Source of the DNA: Candidatus Micrarchaeia archaeon
Lineage (GTDB): Archaea > Micrarchaeota > Micrarchaeia > Burarchaeales > Fermentimicrarchaeaceae
Reading direction: 5' to 3'
Assembly (NCBI GenBank): GCA_038871515.1
Contig: JAVZHX010000001.1
Coordinates: forward strand, 448,001 to 512,000
DNA: 64,000 bases
Part shown: positions 1-9,192 of the stretch, in pieces
How the letters are laid out: each line of letters opens with the position of its first letter
Numbering within the stretch: position 1 is the stretch's first letter
Position numbers and translations under genes: made by a program
Notes under the pieces: generated by a model
The model's input: only the letters and a program-made list of their open reading frames with translations
Told to the model about the DNA's origin: nothing
Databases searched by the model: none

Positions 1-174
1 TTTTCAGAGCAAGGGTTAGATAAAGTCTATTTTGAACTTGGTGATTACGAAGTAATGTTTTTCCTCATATCCGGAGGTACCGCTTTGGTAGCGATAATAC
101 CTGCGTTAGCTAATAAAGGTTTACTGGAAGTTGAAATGGAAAATGCACGAAGAGCAATCAAGAAAATGATATGA
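1..174 (+). CDS. Roadblock/LC7 (MglB-like) domain protein, 3' part; starts before the window
   Basis: Frame 1 is open from base 1: FSEQGLDKVYFELGDYEVMFFLISGGTALVAIIPALANKGLLEVEMENARRAIKKMI*. This matches the beta-beta-beta-(N.GL)-helix C-terminal pattern of roadblock domains. Confidence 0.6.
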   Translation, partial: FSEQGLDKVYFELGDYEVMFFLISGGTALVAIIPALANKGLLEVEMENARRAIKKMI

Positions 175-1455
175 GTGGTCCTTATGGTTTTTGAAACTCT
201 TACAGTAATAAGTCGTAATTTTAATGCATATGAAGCTGGTGAAGAAATCGGGAGACAGATCATAGAAAAACTTAAAAAAAATCCTACATTTATTCTACTT
301 TTTTCAACAATTCATTATGAAAAATACGGAGGCTTTCAAAAATTCCTGGATTCTATAAATATGCAATTACCACAAAAAACTCCAATTATAGGTGGTACCG
401 TAGCGGGTTTTATGGATAATACTGGTTGCTATAGTAGAGGAGCCGTCGCACTTGCCGTTTATTCTAATGAAATTAAAATAGCAGTTGGAGTTGGCCATAA
501 CACTAAAAAAAATCCTAAAAAAGCAGCAGAAGAATGCGCCCAAATGATAAAGCAAAACCTTAACATCAAGGAAAACAATATCGTCTCATTATTATTTACA
601 TCTGGACCGACTAAACCAATATTCCCAATCATCGGTAAAAAATGGGTTATAAAATCCGGCTTAGTTAGCCATTTTTCAGTTCCTTTTTTTGAATTATCAA
701 CTCGGATACTCCAATTAGGTTATGGCAGAGAAGAAGAAGTCTTTCGAGAATTAGTATCTCTGCTCCCCAATTCCTACTTCTTAGGTGCTTCTTGTTCCGA
801 TAATAATCAAGTCTTACGCAATTTCCAGTTTTTCAATAATTCTGTTTTTACTAACTCAGCAGTCATATTAACAATGTCAACTAAAAACACCCCCACCATC
901 TCTAGTATCCATGGTTTATTACCAACCAATCGTAAAATACACATCACAAGAAAAAGTTCCGGAGGACGCATAATATCTAAAATTAATGGAAAATCTGCAA
1001 CAAGAAAGTATCTGGAGGCGATAGGGTTACCAGAGGATATGATAGATGAACAATTACATCGAAAAAGTTTTTTCTATCCTCTTGCATACAAGAATTTAGA
1101 TGGTAAAATATGCCCCGCCGCAGTTGGAGCTTACCTTAAGGACTCGTTCTCCTTTTCCTATGGAGTTGAATCTGACGAATTAGAATTAATGGCCTTCTCT
1201 GGAAGGAGTATGGCTGAGAATGTAGACTCAATCATACAAAACGAAATAAAAAAATCAATCAAATTTCTTTTCGGTGTAATTTGTTGCTCTTGGCTTGAGA
1301 CGTTGGGAAGCGGGATTTTCAGAATAAATGAAAAGATTAGTTCAAGACTGTCAAAGCCTTATCTTTTTATATTCTCTCTTGGAGAAGAAATTTATGCGCC
1401 CGGTCAGCATCCCTGTCACCTAAATGAAACTTTTAATACTCTAACTCTAAGCTGA
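175..1455 (+). CDS. FIST N/C domain sensory protein (ATG start possibly 184)
   Basis: AYEAGEEIG...FILLFSTIHY...PIIGGTVAG, GVG...P.KAA, I..INGKSA...Y and C-terminal GE motif are typical of FIST_N/FIST_C. Confidence 0.75.
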   Translation: MVLMVFETLTVISRNFNAYEAGEEIGRQIIEKLKKNPTFILLFSTIHYEKYGGFQKFLDSINMQLPQKTPIIGGTVAGFMDNTGCYSRGAVALAVYSNEIKIAVGVGHNTKKNPKKAAEECAQMIKQNLNIKENNIVSLLFTSGPTKPIFPIIGKKWVIKSGLVSHFSVPFFELSTRILQLGYGREEEVFRELVSLLPNSYFLGASCSDNNQVLRNFQFFNNSVFTNSAVILTMSTKNTPTISSIHGLLPTNRKIHITRKSSGGRIISKINGKSATRKYLEAIGLPEDMIDEQLHRKSFFYPLAYKNLDGKICPAAVGAYLKDSFSFSYGVESDELELMAFSGRSMAENVDSIIQNEIKKSIKFLFGVICCSWLETLGSGIFRINEKISSRLSKPYLFIFSLGEEIYAPGQHPCHLNETFNTLTLS

Positions 1456-2598
1456 CTTCAAAATTTTTTCAGTTAACTCCCAATCTCTTAACAATACCAT
1501 TTTATCAAATTCCATTGCTGAAAATGAATTAGACATCAGTCCTAAAAGTAGCAAATACTTTTTTCTTCGTTTTATCCCCATTGCCTTATACACGCAATCC
1601 ATAATTATTTTAGACTTCTTTATAAATGGAATTTTTTTATCTACCAATCTCTCATATTCCATTTCCTTGTCAGTCCCTATAATCCTCCCCAATATGGTCC
1701 CGCATATAATCGCAGGTATAAAACCTTCAACAAATGGCTTAATATTTTGATTTGCAGCGTCACCAACTACAAAGAGATTATCATAATTATATCTTGTCTT
1801 TGGGTCTCTAAATGGAGCAATTTTACTCTTTTCCACTATTCTTATTGAATTCTTTGTTTGGTTCTTCAACCATCTGTTTTTGATTAACTTATCAAAACAT
1901 TTTTTTAAATTTATATTCGGTGACAAAGAAGCAACACCCACATTCGCACTATTTTCGTTTTTAGGAAAAACATAACCAAATGTATTAGGAATGTACCCCC
2001 CAAAATAGAATTGTTCTAGATTACTTTCACTTAGATTCATATTACTCAATTCCCAACTATAAACATTTAAATGTCCATTACTCATTTTGTTACAAACTCC
2101 CATTTTTTCAAGAACTAAAGAAGGATATCCATCAGCAGCAATAAAATACTCCGCTCTAAAACGGCACTTTCCACATTTTTTCCTCACCATTACTTCTTTT
2201 ATGCCAATTCCTTTCTTGTAGAAAACATCTATTACTTCAGTATTAGTTAACAAATCAACTCCGGCTTCTTCAGCGTTTTTAGCTAACCACTCCTCCACTT
2301 TCCTTCTATCTATTGAGTAACCACTCCACTCTTTGCCTCTTTTAACAACTTCGATATTATCATATTTAAAACTCAATCCATCTATCCGCCATTCAAGAAA
2401 CTCTGAAGGAATTTCAAATGGCATACGATCTAAAACATAATCACTAACGGCCTCTCCACAACGTACTGGATTCCCAATTTCGTTTTTTTTCTCAATACAC
2501 AACACTCTTCTACCTCTTTTTGCTACCGTCTTTGCCGCGCTTAAACCTGCAGGTCCACCACCAACAACAATTACATCATACTTTTCCATCATTACCAC
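1447..2598 (-). CDS. Geranylgeranyl reductase family FAD-dependent oxidoreductase
   Basis: DVIVVGGGPAG, PVRCGEAVS, IAADG, GYVFPK...ANVG and VGDAA motifs. Confidence 0.8.
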   Translation of the reverse strand: MVMMEKYDVIVVGGGPAGLSAAKTVAKRGRRVLCIEKKNEIGNPVRCGEAVSDYVLDRMPFEIPSEFLEWRIDGLSFKYDNIEVVKRGKEWSGYSIDRRKVEEWLAKNAEEAGVDLLTNTEVIDVFYKKGIGIKEVMVRKKCGKCRFRAEYFIAADGYPSLVLEKMGVCNKMSNGHLNVYSWELSNMNLSESNLEQFYFGGYIPNTFGYVFPKNENSANVGVASLSPNINLKKCFDKLIKNRWLKNQTKNSIRIVEKSKIAPFRDPKTRYNYDNLFVVGDAANQNIKPFVEGFIPAIICGTILGRIIGTDKEMEYERLVDKKIPFIKKSKIIMDCVYKAMGIKRRKKYLLLLGLMSNSFSAMEFDKMVLLRDWELTEKILKSA

Positions 2599-3647
2599 CC
2601 ATACTTATGGGCTAGCTCAAAGGTTTTTGCAAAATTTTTATATTTTTGGGAATGAGATTCCCCAATTGCCTTTATCATTTCCATCAATTGCCTATTGTTC
2701 ATTTTCTCAAGTCTTGTAAAAACATGCATATACCATCTACCATTGTAATTTGAACTCTTCCATTTTGTTTCATACAATGCAGGATTGCCTCGAAGTATAG
2801 CCTCGGCAGCATATTTCCCAGCAATCATACCACTTCTTATACCCCCCTTCGTTATCGGATTTGTCTGAAAAGCAGCATCTCCAATAAACAATACCCTCCC
2901 AACATGATACTTATCCATACCCCCATACCCAACAACTCTAGAATGCCTCTCTAAAATTACTTTTTCCCCCACCTCTTCTTTAACATTAATATTTTTAAAT
3001 AAAGGGAAGCCTATTTTTGTGGTTTTTCCGTTTGGGAATACCCATTTATAATCCCCGCAGTACTTTTGATCGTATATAAATAGTAGAGTCCCATGTCCAA
3101 CTTCATTTCCAACTACGATAAATTGCGCAAATAGTCTTTTCAACCCGCCCGAGCTCCCTAGACATTTTCTAATTATTGAGTTAGTACCGTCTGCGGCTAT
3201 CACATAATCAAACTTCTCCCTCCCCTCTAAAAAACTAACAATTGGTTTCTCGTACGGCTTTTCAATTCCAACGACAGTTTTATTCTGAAAATGTCCCCCT
3301 AGCCTTTGAAACTTATTAATTACATTATTCAAAAAACATCTTCTATCAATTAGATACCCATCCGTTTTGATATCCAACTTAAACCCACCCGGATAAACAT
3401 CTCTAATTAAATCTACTTTCTCTATAACTCCATAGGGTCTTATTGGCTCTAGTTCCTGAAAAGCTTTTTTACTAATTCCCTCTCCACACATTTTATGATA
3501 CTTCTTATAATGATTCTTCTTAAGTTTCTCTACGAGAGTTACTACCATCCTTTCATCTTTATCTAAAAATTTTAAGAAAAAAGCAGCACTCACTCCGCTA
3601 GGTCCCGCACCGACCACTAATACTCTACATTTTTCCATCTCAATCAC
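2592..3647 (-). CDS. Geranylgeranyl reductase family FAD-dependent oxidoreductase (second copy)
   Basis: VVGAGPSG, MCGEGIS, IAADG, YKWVFP, IGDAAFQTNPITKGGI. Confidence 0.8.
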   Translation of the reverse strand: MIEMEKCRVLVVGAGPSGVSAAFFLKFLDKDERMVVTLVEKLKKNHYKKYHKMCGEGISKKAFQELEPIRPYGVIEKVDLIRDVYPGGFKLDIKTDGYLIDRRCFLNNVINKFQRLGGHFQNKTVVGIEKPYEKPIVSFLEGREKFDYVIAADGTNSIIRKCLGSSGGLKRLFAQFIVVGNEVGHGTLLFIYDQKYCGDYKWVFPNGKTTKIGFPLFKNINVKEEVGEKVILERHSRVVGYGGMDKYHVGRVLFIGDAAFQTNPITKGGIRSGMIAGKYAAEAILRGNPALYETKWKSSNYNGRWYMHVFTRLEKMNNRQLMEMIKAIGESHSQKYKNFAKTFELAHKYGW

Positions 3648-3761
3648 ATTGTTATATACTATAATTCTTAAGAATAAATAAACTTACTAATTATTTAACC
3701 CACACAAAATTTTGATAACCAATATATCATAATTTTATTTCAAAAATCCCCAACGTACAAA

Positions 3762-4433
3762 TCAATCATCCATCCTCCATATTCCATTTTCTCCTGCCCT
3801 CACCTCAATCTGTCTAACAATTATCTCATCCGGCGTATCTATCATCAAAAATTCATACTGCGCCCTTATTAATCTATTTGCATACCCCCCAACGATATGA
3901 TACGCCAAATCAAAAAACATGAATGCCGCAAAGTAAATCGGTTCAAACATCCCTCCAAGAACTAAAAGCAACATCACCACTTCCATACTTACTCTGTAAT
4001 GAAAGAATGTTTTCAGAGTTTTTGAATTTATCAACCCAAGGTCTGCCCTATTATTTCCCACCTCATCAACAATAGCACCGAAAACAAGCGCAGCTGTGGG
4101 AAGCCAGTTTATCACTATATTCCTTGTCAAGAAAAGTGGAACTGCAAAAGCCAGAATAGCTCCAATGAAAAACGGATTTGTATCTATCTTCCTGGTTATT
4201 GCAACCCCCATAATAACAGCAAGAAATATTGAGGATGCCTGAATATCTGAGCCAATCATATACCCCATTACAACCCCACAAACTAAACCAAGTACAACTG
4301 CAACTCTCCTGTCAAACACTCCCTCATCATACACGCAGTCAATATACTTCAACCCTGCCCCAAGAAAAGCAAAGCTAGCAAGCAAAAACCAATGCTCCAT
4401 ATCACCACATCTGGTCGCAGTTTTTTTATTCAC
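3762..4433 (-). CDS. Hypothetical multi-pass membrane protein
   Basis: 223-aa ORF with about 6 hydrophobic segments and paired KYID...DE / DEVGN motifs; function not recognised. Confidence 0.6.
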   Translation of the reverse strand: MNKKTATRCGDMEHWFLLASFAFLGAGLKYIDCVYDEGVFDRRVAVVLGLVCGVVMGYMIGSDIQASSIFLAVIMGVAITRKIDTNPFFIGAILAFAVPLFLTRNIVINWLPTAALVFGAIVDEVGNNRADLGLINSKTLKTFFHYRVSMEVVMLLLVLGGMFEPIYFAAFMFFDLAYHIVGGYANRLIRAQYEFLMIDTPDEIIVRQIEVRAGENGIWRMDD

Positions 4434-4450
4434 TCCAAACTATTTATACT

Positions 4451-4900
4451 TTATGCTTTTGTCACCCTAAACCCATTCGTCACTCTCTTCACAAGCTTCT
4501 GGAATGCGCGCCCCCTATCCCTCAGCTCAACAAACAGCTGAGCAGAATTGTCACTTCGTATAATATCAACCACCCTCACCTCCCTTTTCACAGGCGCAAT
4601 AAGGGTGTCAATATCTGAGAAACGCCCCCTTCCCCCACCAGAAACAGTGATCATCCCTATACCCTTCATTATATAAAACTGAATATTCCCTCTCACCACC
4701 CTATCAAGTATCCCAACCGCCCTGTCGCACTCACTTTCCTTCACATAGAACTTCAGCTCATCCTCCTCCACTCCCACTCCATAAACATTTATACCTGCCT
4801 TGCCCAACGAGCCAAGCACCTCAATAAGCATCCTGCGATTTTTTGGATTTCCCTTAACCACAACATTTGCCAATGGGTGCTTCAGCATTCTCACTTCCAT
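4451..4900 (-). CDS. Tandem ACT-domain protein (aspartokinase regulatory region-like)
   Basis: LGKAGINVYGV...LKFYV...AV and IGMITVSGG...II.S..S..LFV...A...L follow the two-ACT pattern. Confidence 0.55.
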   Translation of the reverse strand: MEVRMLKHPLANVVVKGNPKNRRMLIEVLGSLGKAGINVYGVGVEEDELKFYVKESECDRAVGILDRVVRGNIQFYIMKGIGMITVSGGGRGRFSDIDTLIAPVKREVRVVDIIRSDNSAQLFVELRDRGRAFQKLVKRVTNGFRVTKA

Positions 4901-5037
4901 AACCAGTAATTACGAATAATGAATATTTAAAAACAACATATTCACTGGGAAGTTACCCCTGCAAGAGCTTTATAAGCGCGCCAATAACCATAATGGATGA
5001 AAGGAGGAAATGTTTAAATATATCATATGTGATATCA

Positions 5038-5303
5038 ATGTGGATATGGGAATGGAGAGGTAAACCTCTCTTCATCTCTGCACATGCGATGGACGAGCTG
5101 AAAAAGCTTAACTGGCGTATGGAAAGAGCCCTTGAAATCTTGGAAGATGGGCATACTGCACAACAAAGGATGAGAAAAACAAGGGAAAGATGGCCAGATG
5201 CCTAAGAATAGGAGGAAAAACCTACAGGGTTGTGGTTGGCGAATCTTACTCAATTCATTATAAATGTGAATGTTGGGTGCTGGTGCACGTGAAACCGGAG
5301 TAG
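5038..5303 (+). pseudogene. Frameshifted putative toxin (DUF4258/BrnT-like RNase fold)
   Basis: MWIWEWRGKPLFISAHAMDELKK...LEILEDGH continues in another frame near 5155 as CTTKDEKNKGKMARCLRIGGKTYRVVVGES...WVLVHVKPE*. It lies directly upstream of an antitoxin-like gene. Confidence 0.55.
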
Positions 5304-5308
5304 TCAAC

Positions 5309-5641
5309 ATGGTTGGTAGAAAAAAAAGCGAGATGGAATGGGAGAAAATGCGCTTCAAATGTCTAGAATGCGGAAGAGAGACAGAACCATTGAAAATAAC
5401 AAGAGAGGGAATTCCCATAAGGGTTTGGAAATGCCTACACTGCAACTTTGCGATAACACACCCAGAGGATGCTGAAAGACTGCTCCTCAAGGAAAAGGGA
5501 GTGAGAGCGACTGTTGGGAAGGTGGGCAGCCAAACCATAATACGAGTGCCCGCGGTGGTGAGGGAGTACTACCACCTTGACAGAATAAAGAAAATACTGC
5601 TCAAGCCAGTCAGCGATAAGAAGCTGGTAATTGAAATTTAG
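5309..5641 (+). CDS. Zn-ribbon plus AbrB-like putative antitoxin
   Basis: CLECG...WKCLHC zinc ribbon followed by VGKVGSQTIIRVPAVV (AbrB/SpoVT pattern). Confidence 0.65.
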   Translation: MVGRKKSEMEWEKMRFKCLECGRETEPLKITREGIPIRVWKCLHCNFAITHPEDAERLLLKEKGVRATVGKVGSQTIIRVPAVVREYYHLDRIKKILLKPVSDKKLVIEI

Positions 5642-5655
5642 AGCTCACAAATCTG

Positions 5656-6273
5656 CTATGGTTTTGCCATCCAAACATCAACCCCCCTCACCTTCACCCC
5701 CTCTCTCCTGAGCAACCTTTCAACCTCCCGAGAACTCCTTTGAGGAAAGAGAAGCGAGGCTATCCCTATTCTCAACCCGCCCAATTCCCTCACAAGCCCC
5801 TTCTTCTCACTCACGTACCTCCTCCCACCATAACTCTTCTCACTCCTCTTCCCAAAAAGCAGCCTGTTCACCCTATCCTTCTTCGCCTTCCCAAGCGCTT
5901 TCAAATCATATTTTATTATTCTATAAGGCTCCAAACCTAGCTTTCTCAGAGAAACATCCGGCATCTTACCTGAAATTACCTTTCCCTCCCTGAGAATTGT
6001 TTCAAGAAGTTGCCTGTTAACCCCACTCAATTTTGCGTTTAGGAAAACAACCTCTATGTTCACGTCATACTCTCCCTCCAGCTCCAAAATTCTCTTGGAA
6101 ACTGCCTCCTGCGCTCTGCCATCATCTAGCACAACAGCCAAATCCAAATCCGATCTCCTGTCTGCTTCGCCCCTTGCAACCGAGCCGAAGACAATTATGG
6201 AGGAAACTCCTCTCAAGCTGCCAACTTTCTTTCTTATCTCCTCTACAAGCTCTTTGAACCCCTTCTCAACCAC
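5656..6273 (-). CDS. Minimal nucleotidyltransferase (MNT) with an extra C-terminal Cas2/VapD-like domain
   Basis: FGSVARGEADRRSDLDL MNT motif; the C-terminal ~90 aa begin YRIIKYDL and contain GGLRIG.ASLLFP. Confidence 0.75.
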   Translation of the reverse strand: MVEKGFKELVEEIRKKVGSLRGVSSIIVFGSVARGEADRRSDLDLAVVLDDGRAQEAVSKRILELEGEYDVNIEVVFLNAKLSGVNRQLLETILREGKVISGKMPDVSLRKLGLEPYRIIKYDLKALGKAKKDRVNRLLFGKRSEKSYGGRRYVSEKKGLVRELGGLRIGIASLLFPQRSSREVERLLRREGVKVRGVDVWMAKP

Positions 6274-6634
6274 CTTTCAACACCTCCAAACACACCTCCT
6301 CCAGCTTCTTGAACTCCTTCTCAATTCTCTCCAAGTCAGCTTGGCTTCCCCTTCCACCATAAACAAATTTCGGCCTTAGCTGATTCTCTATTCTTTGGAA
6401 GCTCTCCCATACAACTCTTGTTTTCTCTCCGAATATGAAATCGTTTTCCTCCAGCATCCTCCTGACAAGCTGGTGCTTGTGTATGTGAACTCTGTTCTTT
6501 GCTGCGCATGCTTCCACCAAATGGTAGGCGGCCAGAAAATATGCTTCTGCTCTTGTTGCACTGAACAGATTTTTACTCTCCGCATCCCTCTTAAATTTCT
6601 CATACATCTCCTTGTGGGTTTGCATATCTGCCAA
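6266..6634 (-). CDS. HEPN-domain protein (partner of the MNT)
   Basis: All-helical 122 aa with AEAYFLAAYHLVEA, H.H and R-x4-Y (RPKFVYG); TTG start with GGTGA RBS; overlaps the MNT start. Confidence 0.65.
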   Translation of the reverse strand: MADMQTHKEMYEKFKRDAESKNLFSATRAEAYFLAAYHLVEACAAKNRVHIHKHQLVRRMLEENDFIFGEKTRVVWESFQRIENQLRPKFVYGGRGSQADLERIEKEFKKLEEVCLEVLKGG

Positions 6635-6643
6635 CGAATCACC

Positions 6644-6705
6644 TTTCGGCAGATAATCTTACGAAATAGCAGTATATAAGCTTTTCGGCAGACTATCTTA
6701 CGAAA
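6644..6705 (-). promoter_or_regulatory. Two 23-bp palindromic operator-like direct repeats flanking the BRE/TATA of the HEPN-MNT operon
   Basis: TTTCGGCAGATAATCTTACGAAA (6644-6666) and TTTCGGCAGACTATCTTACGAAA (6683-6705); minus-strand CTTATATACT lies between them (6671-6680). Confidence 0.7.
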
Positions 6706-7428
6706 CTACTTCTCCACCACAATTCCCTTCGGCCCAACCGTAACAGTTCTCGCAAGGAAATCGTGCTTCGTCAACCTCATCTTCTCAACAACAAGCGTTC
6801 TCTTCCCAAGCGCCTCTATCTTCGCGAGCTTTATCACTCCGTCAACCAAATACTCACACGTTTCCTTTGCGCTCTCAAAAGTTCTCTCCTCATAAATGTA
6901 AACAACAGTGCACTTATCCGTCTCCTTCATCCTCCTGATAAACCTTGTCGTCAATGCTCTCAGCAGCATATCCTCAGTGATTGGTATGCTTCCCACCTTT
7001 TTAATCGCCTCAAATATCTGGTCAGAAACAAACTCCTCCCTTGTCAGGGGAAGCTTGCTAAGGAATGAGGTGAGGGAGTCAATCACAACTCTTGCTGGTT
7101 TATACGTTTTAATATCTGAAACAATCACCCCTTCCAAATCAGGCTCCCTTGTTATATCATAGTTTTTGAACTCAACAGGCAAACCCTCAAAATTCCACCC
7201 AAACAACTCCGCCTGCTCCTTCAAACTCTCCTCCCCCTGCGTAAACGAAATATACATCCCTTTATCTTTAAACTGCTTCGCGCCGTTGTAAAGGAACTGC
7301 AATCCAAGAATTGTTTTCAAAGTTCCCGGAGAACCCTTCACAAGCACCGCAGAACCCTCTGGAAAACCACCTTCAATTATCTTATCCAACTCCTCTATGC
7401 CAGTTGGAACCCTTTTAATATCCGCCAT
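6706..7428 (-). CDS. KaiC/RAD55-family RecA-fold ATPase
   Basis: RVPTGIEELDKIIEGGFP, GSPGTLKT Walker A, VVIDSL Walker B, EYLVDGVIKL, VEKMR.T.H. Confidence 0.85.
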   Translation of the reverse strand: MADIKRVPTGIEELDKIIEGGFPEGSAVLVKGSPGTLKTILGLQFLYNGAKQFKDKGMYISFTQGEESLKEQAELFGWNFEGLPVEFKNYDITREPDLEGVIVSDIKTYKPARVVIDSLTSFLSKLPLTREEFVSDQIFEAIKKVGSIPITEDMLLRALTTRFIRRMKETDKCTVVYIYEERTFESAKETCEYLVDGVIKLAKIEALGKRTLVVEKMRLTKHDFLARTVTVGPKGIVVEK

Positions 7429-7470
7429 TACCCCACCTCATCAATGAGAGAAATTAGTAGAAGAGAGTAT

Positions 7471-8250
7471 TTATAACTTATGCATACCCTCAAGCTTAAC
7501 CAGTAAATCATTCTTCAACTCCAACCAATCCCTAGGCCTGTTGTTCAATGGGATGAACGGGTTTGTGAGATTGCGTAGTTTTCTGTAATCCATCTTTCTA
7601 ACTGCCTGAATAGTCCGCTTTAGAAACTCCCCAACCCCCTCCTCGCTTCTTTCAGACTCTAACATTTTTTTAATCGCGTTCTCCATCCTGCCGCAGAGAG
7701 GTAAAGCGTTATACACATCATACACATCCTTCCCTTCAGCTCGTGTGCAAAGCGCATGCATCTTCCGTGCAACCAAATCCTCCAAAGAGTAAACATGAAA
7801 GCCGCTGACAAGCTGCTGCGTATATGAAGACATCGCTGCTTTAACTACAACTGGTTTATCAGTTACAATTCTCTTTGCTGCGATATCAACTCGCACATGA
7901 CCCTCCCCCCCAAGTGGGCTATCATAAGTGCAGTAGAACTGGAGTGAACTGCCAACCCTACGAAATTCCACTATTTCATACCCTTCCATTCCTTCAGATA
8001 GTTCTCTGCAAAGCCTCTGCACCTCCCCCATGCTCTCTGTGCCTGAGTCAAAGTCCAAATCATCTGAAAAGCGCTGGAGCTTTCCAAGGTAGACTTTATT
8101 CAGGGCAGTCCCTCCTTTAAAAACAATATTCGGTTGTTGTGCGGTTATCTTGCTCAGCACGTCAAAAACATAGAATTCCTTCACAATAAACTGCAGGGGC
8201 AGCCCGTACTTCACTGCCATGTTCCTGCACGCTTCCAGGTTAATCTCCAC
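7471..8250 (-). CDS. AbiEii/AbiGii family nucleotidyltransferase toxin (type IV TA)
   Basis: VFKGGTALNKVY...RFSDDLDF, then K..A...R...KDVYD. Confidence 0.85.
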   Translation of the reverse strand: MEINLEACRNMAVKYGLPLQFIVKEFYVFDVLSKITAQQPNIVFKGGTALNKVYLGKLQRFSDDLDFDSGTESMGEVQRLCRELSEGMEGYEIVEFRRVGSSLQFYCTYDSPLGGEGHVRVDIAAKRIVTDKPVVVKAAMSSYTQQLVSGFHVYSLEDLVARKMHALCTRAEGKDVYDVYNALPLCGRMENAIKKMLESERSEEGVGEFLKRTIQAVRKMDYRKLRNLTNPFIPLNNRPRDWLELKNDLLVKLEGMHKL

Positions 8251-8254
8251 CCTC

Positions 8255-8860
8255 TCACCCCCTGATGAAATTTACTACCTTCTCCATTCTCTTGGCGAGT
8301 TTGCCTTTTGCAAATTTTTTCACGTAGGTGTTAAACTCCCTCCACTCCTGTCCCGTAAGTCCCGCCTCCTTATATGTAGCGATAAGCTTATCCATCTCAA
8401 CAGAATATCTTGGCAGGTAAAGACAATCAAACAGCGTTTTAGCCCGAGTTGAAATTACATACCCTCCAATTTTAGCAAAGCCAATCGCTTTTTCATCAAG
8501 GGCCACAGCTCTGAATTCATACTCCCCAAATCTCTTCACTTTTGATGTGCTCGTTGTGACGACAATTAAACTGAACGGCATCTCGGAGATAAGCTTGTGA
8601 AGGTACAGGGCGGTGGAGAAACCCAGATAGCCGTTAAACGTTGCCTGTGCGCACGCATATGGATCTCTCATCGGTTTGATGGAATAAACCCCTCGCTTTA
8701 GACGGATGATTCTGCCAGACTTGTTCAGGCGGCTCAGGGTAGTTTTCAGTGTGAACGAATCGCTCAGCTTGAGACTTTCCAGGACATCCAGCGTTGCAAT
8801 TCCATAGGGAGAAGCGGATATTGCATCCAGCACCGCTTGGCTGATTTTCATACTTGACAT
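8255..8860 (-). CDS. AbiEi family antitoxin/transcriptional regulator
   Basis: N-terminal wHTH (LSRLNKSGRIIRLKRGVY), YLGFSTALYLHKL, KTLFDCL; directly upstream of AbiEii. Confidence 0.8.
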   Translation of the reverse strand: MSSMKISQAVLDAISASPYGIATLDVLESLKLSDSFTLKTTLSRLNKSGRIIRLKRGVYSIKPMRDPYACAQATFNGYLGFSTALYLHKLISEMPFSLIVVTTSTSKVKRFGEYEFRAVALDEKAIGFAKIGGYVISTRAKTLFDCLYLPRYSVEMDKLIATYKEAGLTGQEWREFNTYVKKFAKGKLAKRMEKVVNFIRG

Positions 8861-8864
8861 GTAT

Positions 8865-8885
8865 TAATAAACGAATTGTTTATTA
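8865..8885 (-). promoter_or_regulatory. Inverted repeat, probable AbiEi operator
   Basis: TAATAAAC-GAATT-GTTTATTA immediately upstream of the AbiEi start codon. Confidence 0.5.
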
Positions 8886-9049
8886 TTAAATGTTTCTATA
8901 AAGGAGTAAATCCTTCGGTCAGTTCACAAACAACTTCCCAAAACATTCCATCCCAGTTATAGTAAACCTCTTCACACAACCGACGCATAAATCTATGTTA
9001 TGTATAATTAACACAAACTAGAAAATAAGTTACTTGCATATGACAAAAA

Positions 9050-9177
9050 TTCAATGTTAAAAAGGATATATCCTTTCATCTGAAAGAGAGGAAAAGATAA
9101 AAATTGAGGGAAAAGTTATAGAAGTTGTGCCTCTCTTCAAATTTCTCCTGAACTTTGCACCCAGCTTCAAATGTTAA
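9050..9177 (+). pseudogene. C-terminal remnant of a COG1373/DUF4143-type ATPase
   Basis: Reads FNVKKGYILSSEREEKIKIEGKVIEVVPLFKFLL..., the characteristic tail of this family; no intact upstream frame. Confidence 0.5.
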
Positions 9178-9192
9178 CTTTAAATATACAAT

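Noticed and set aside
6644..6705. Mini CRISPR array near a Cas2-like domain
   Set aside because: Only two copies with a 16-nt spacer that contains the TATA box; fits operators, not CRISPR. No array was seen anywhere in the window.
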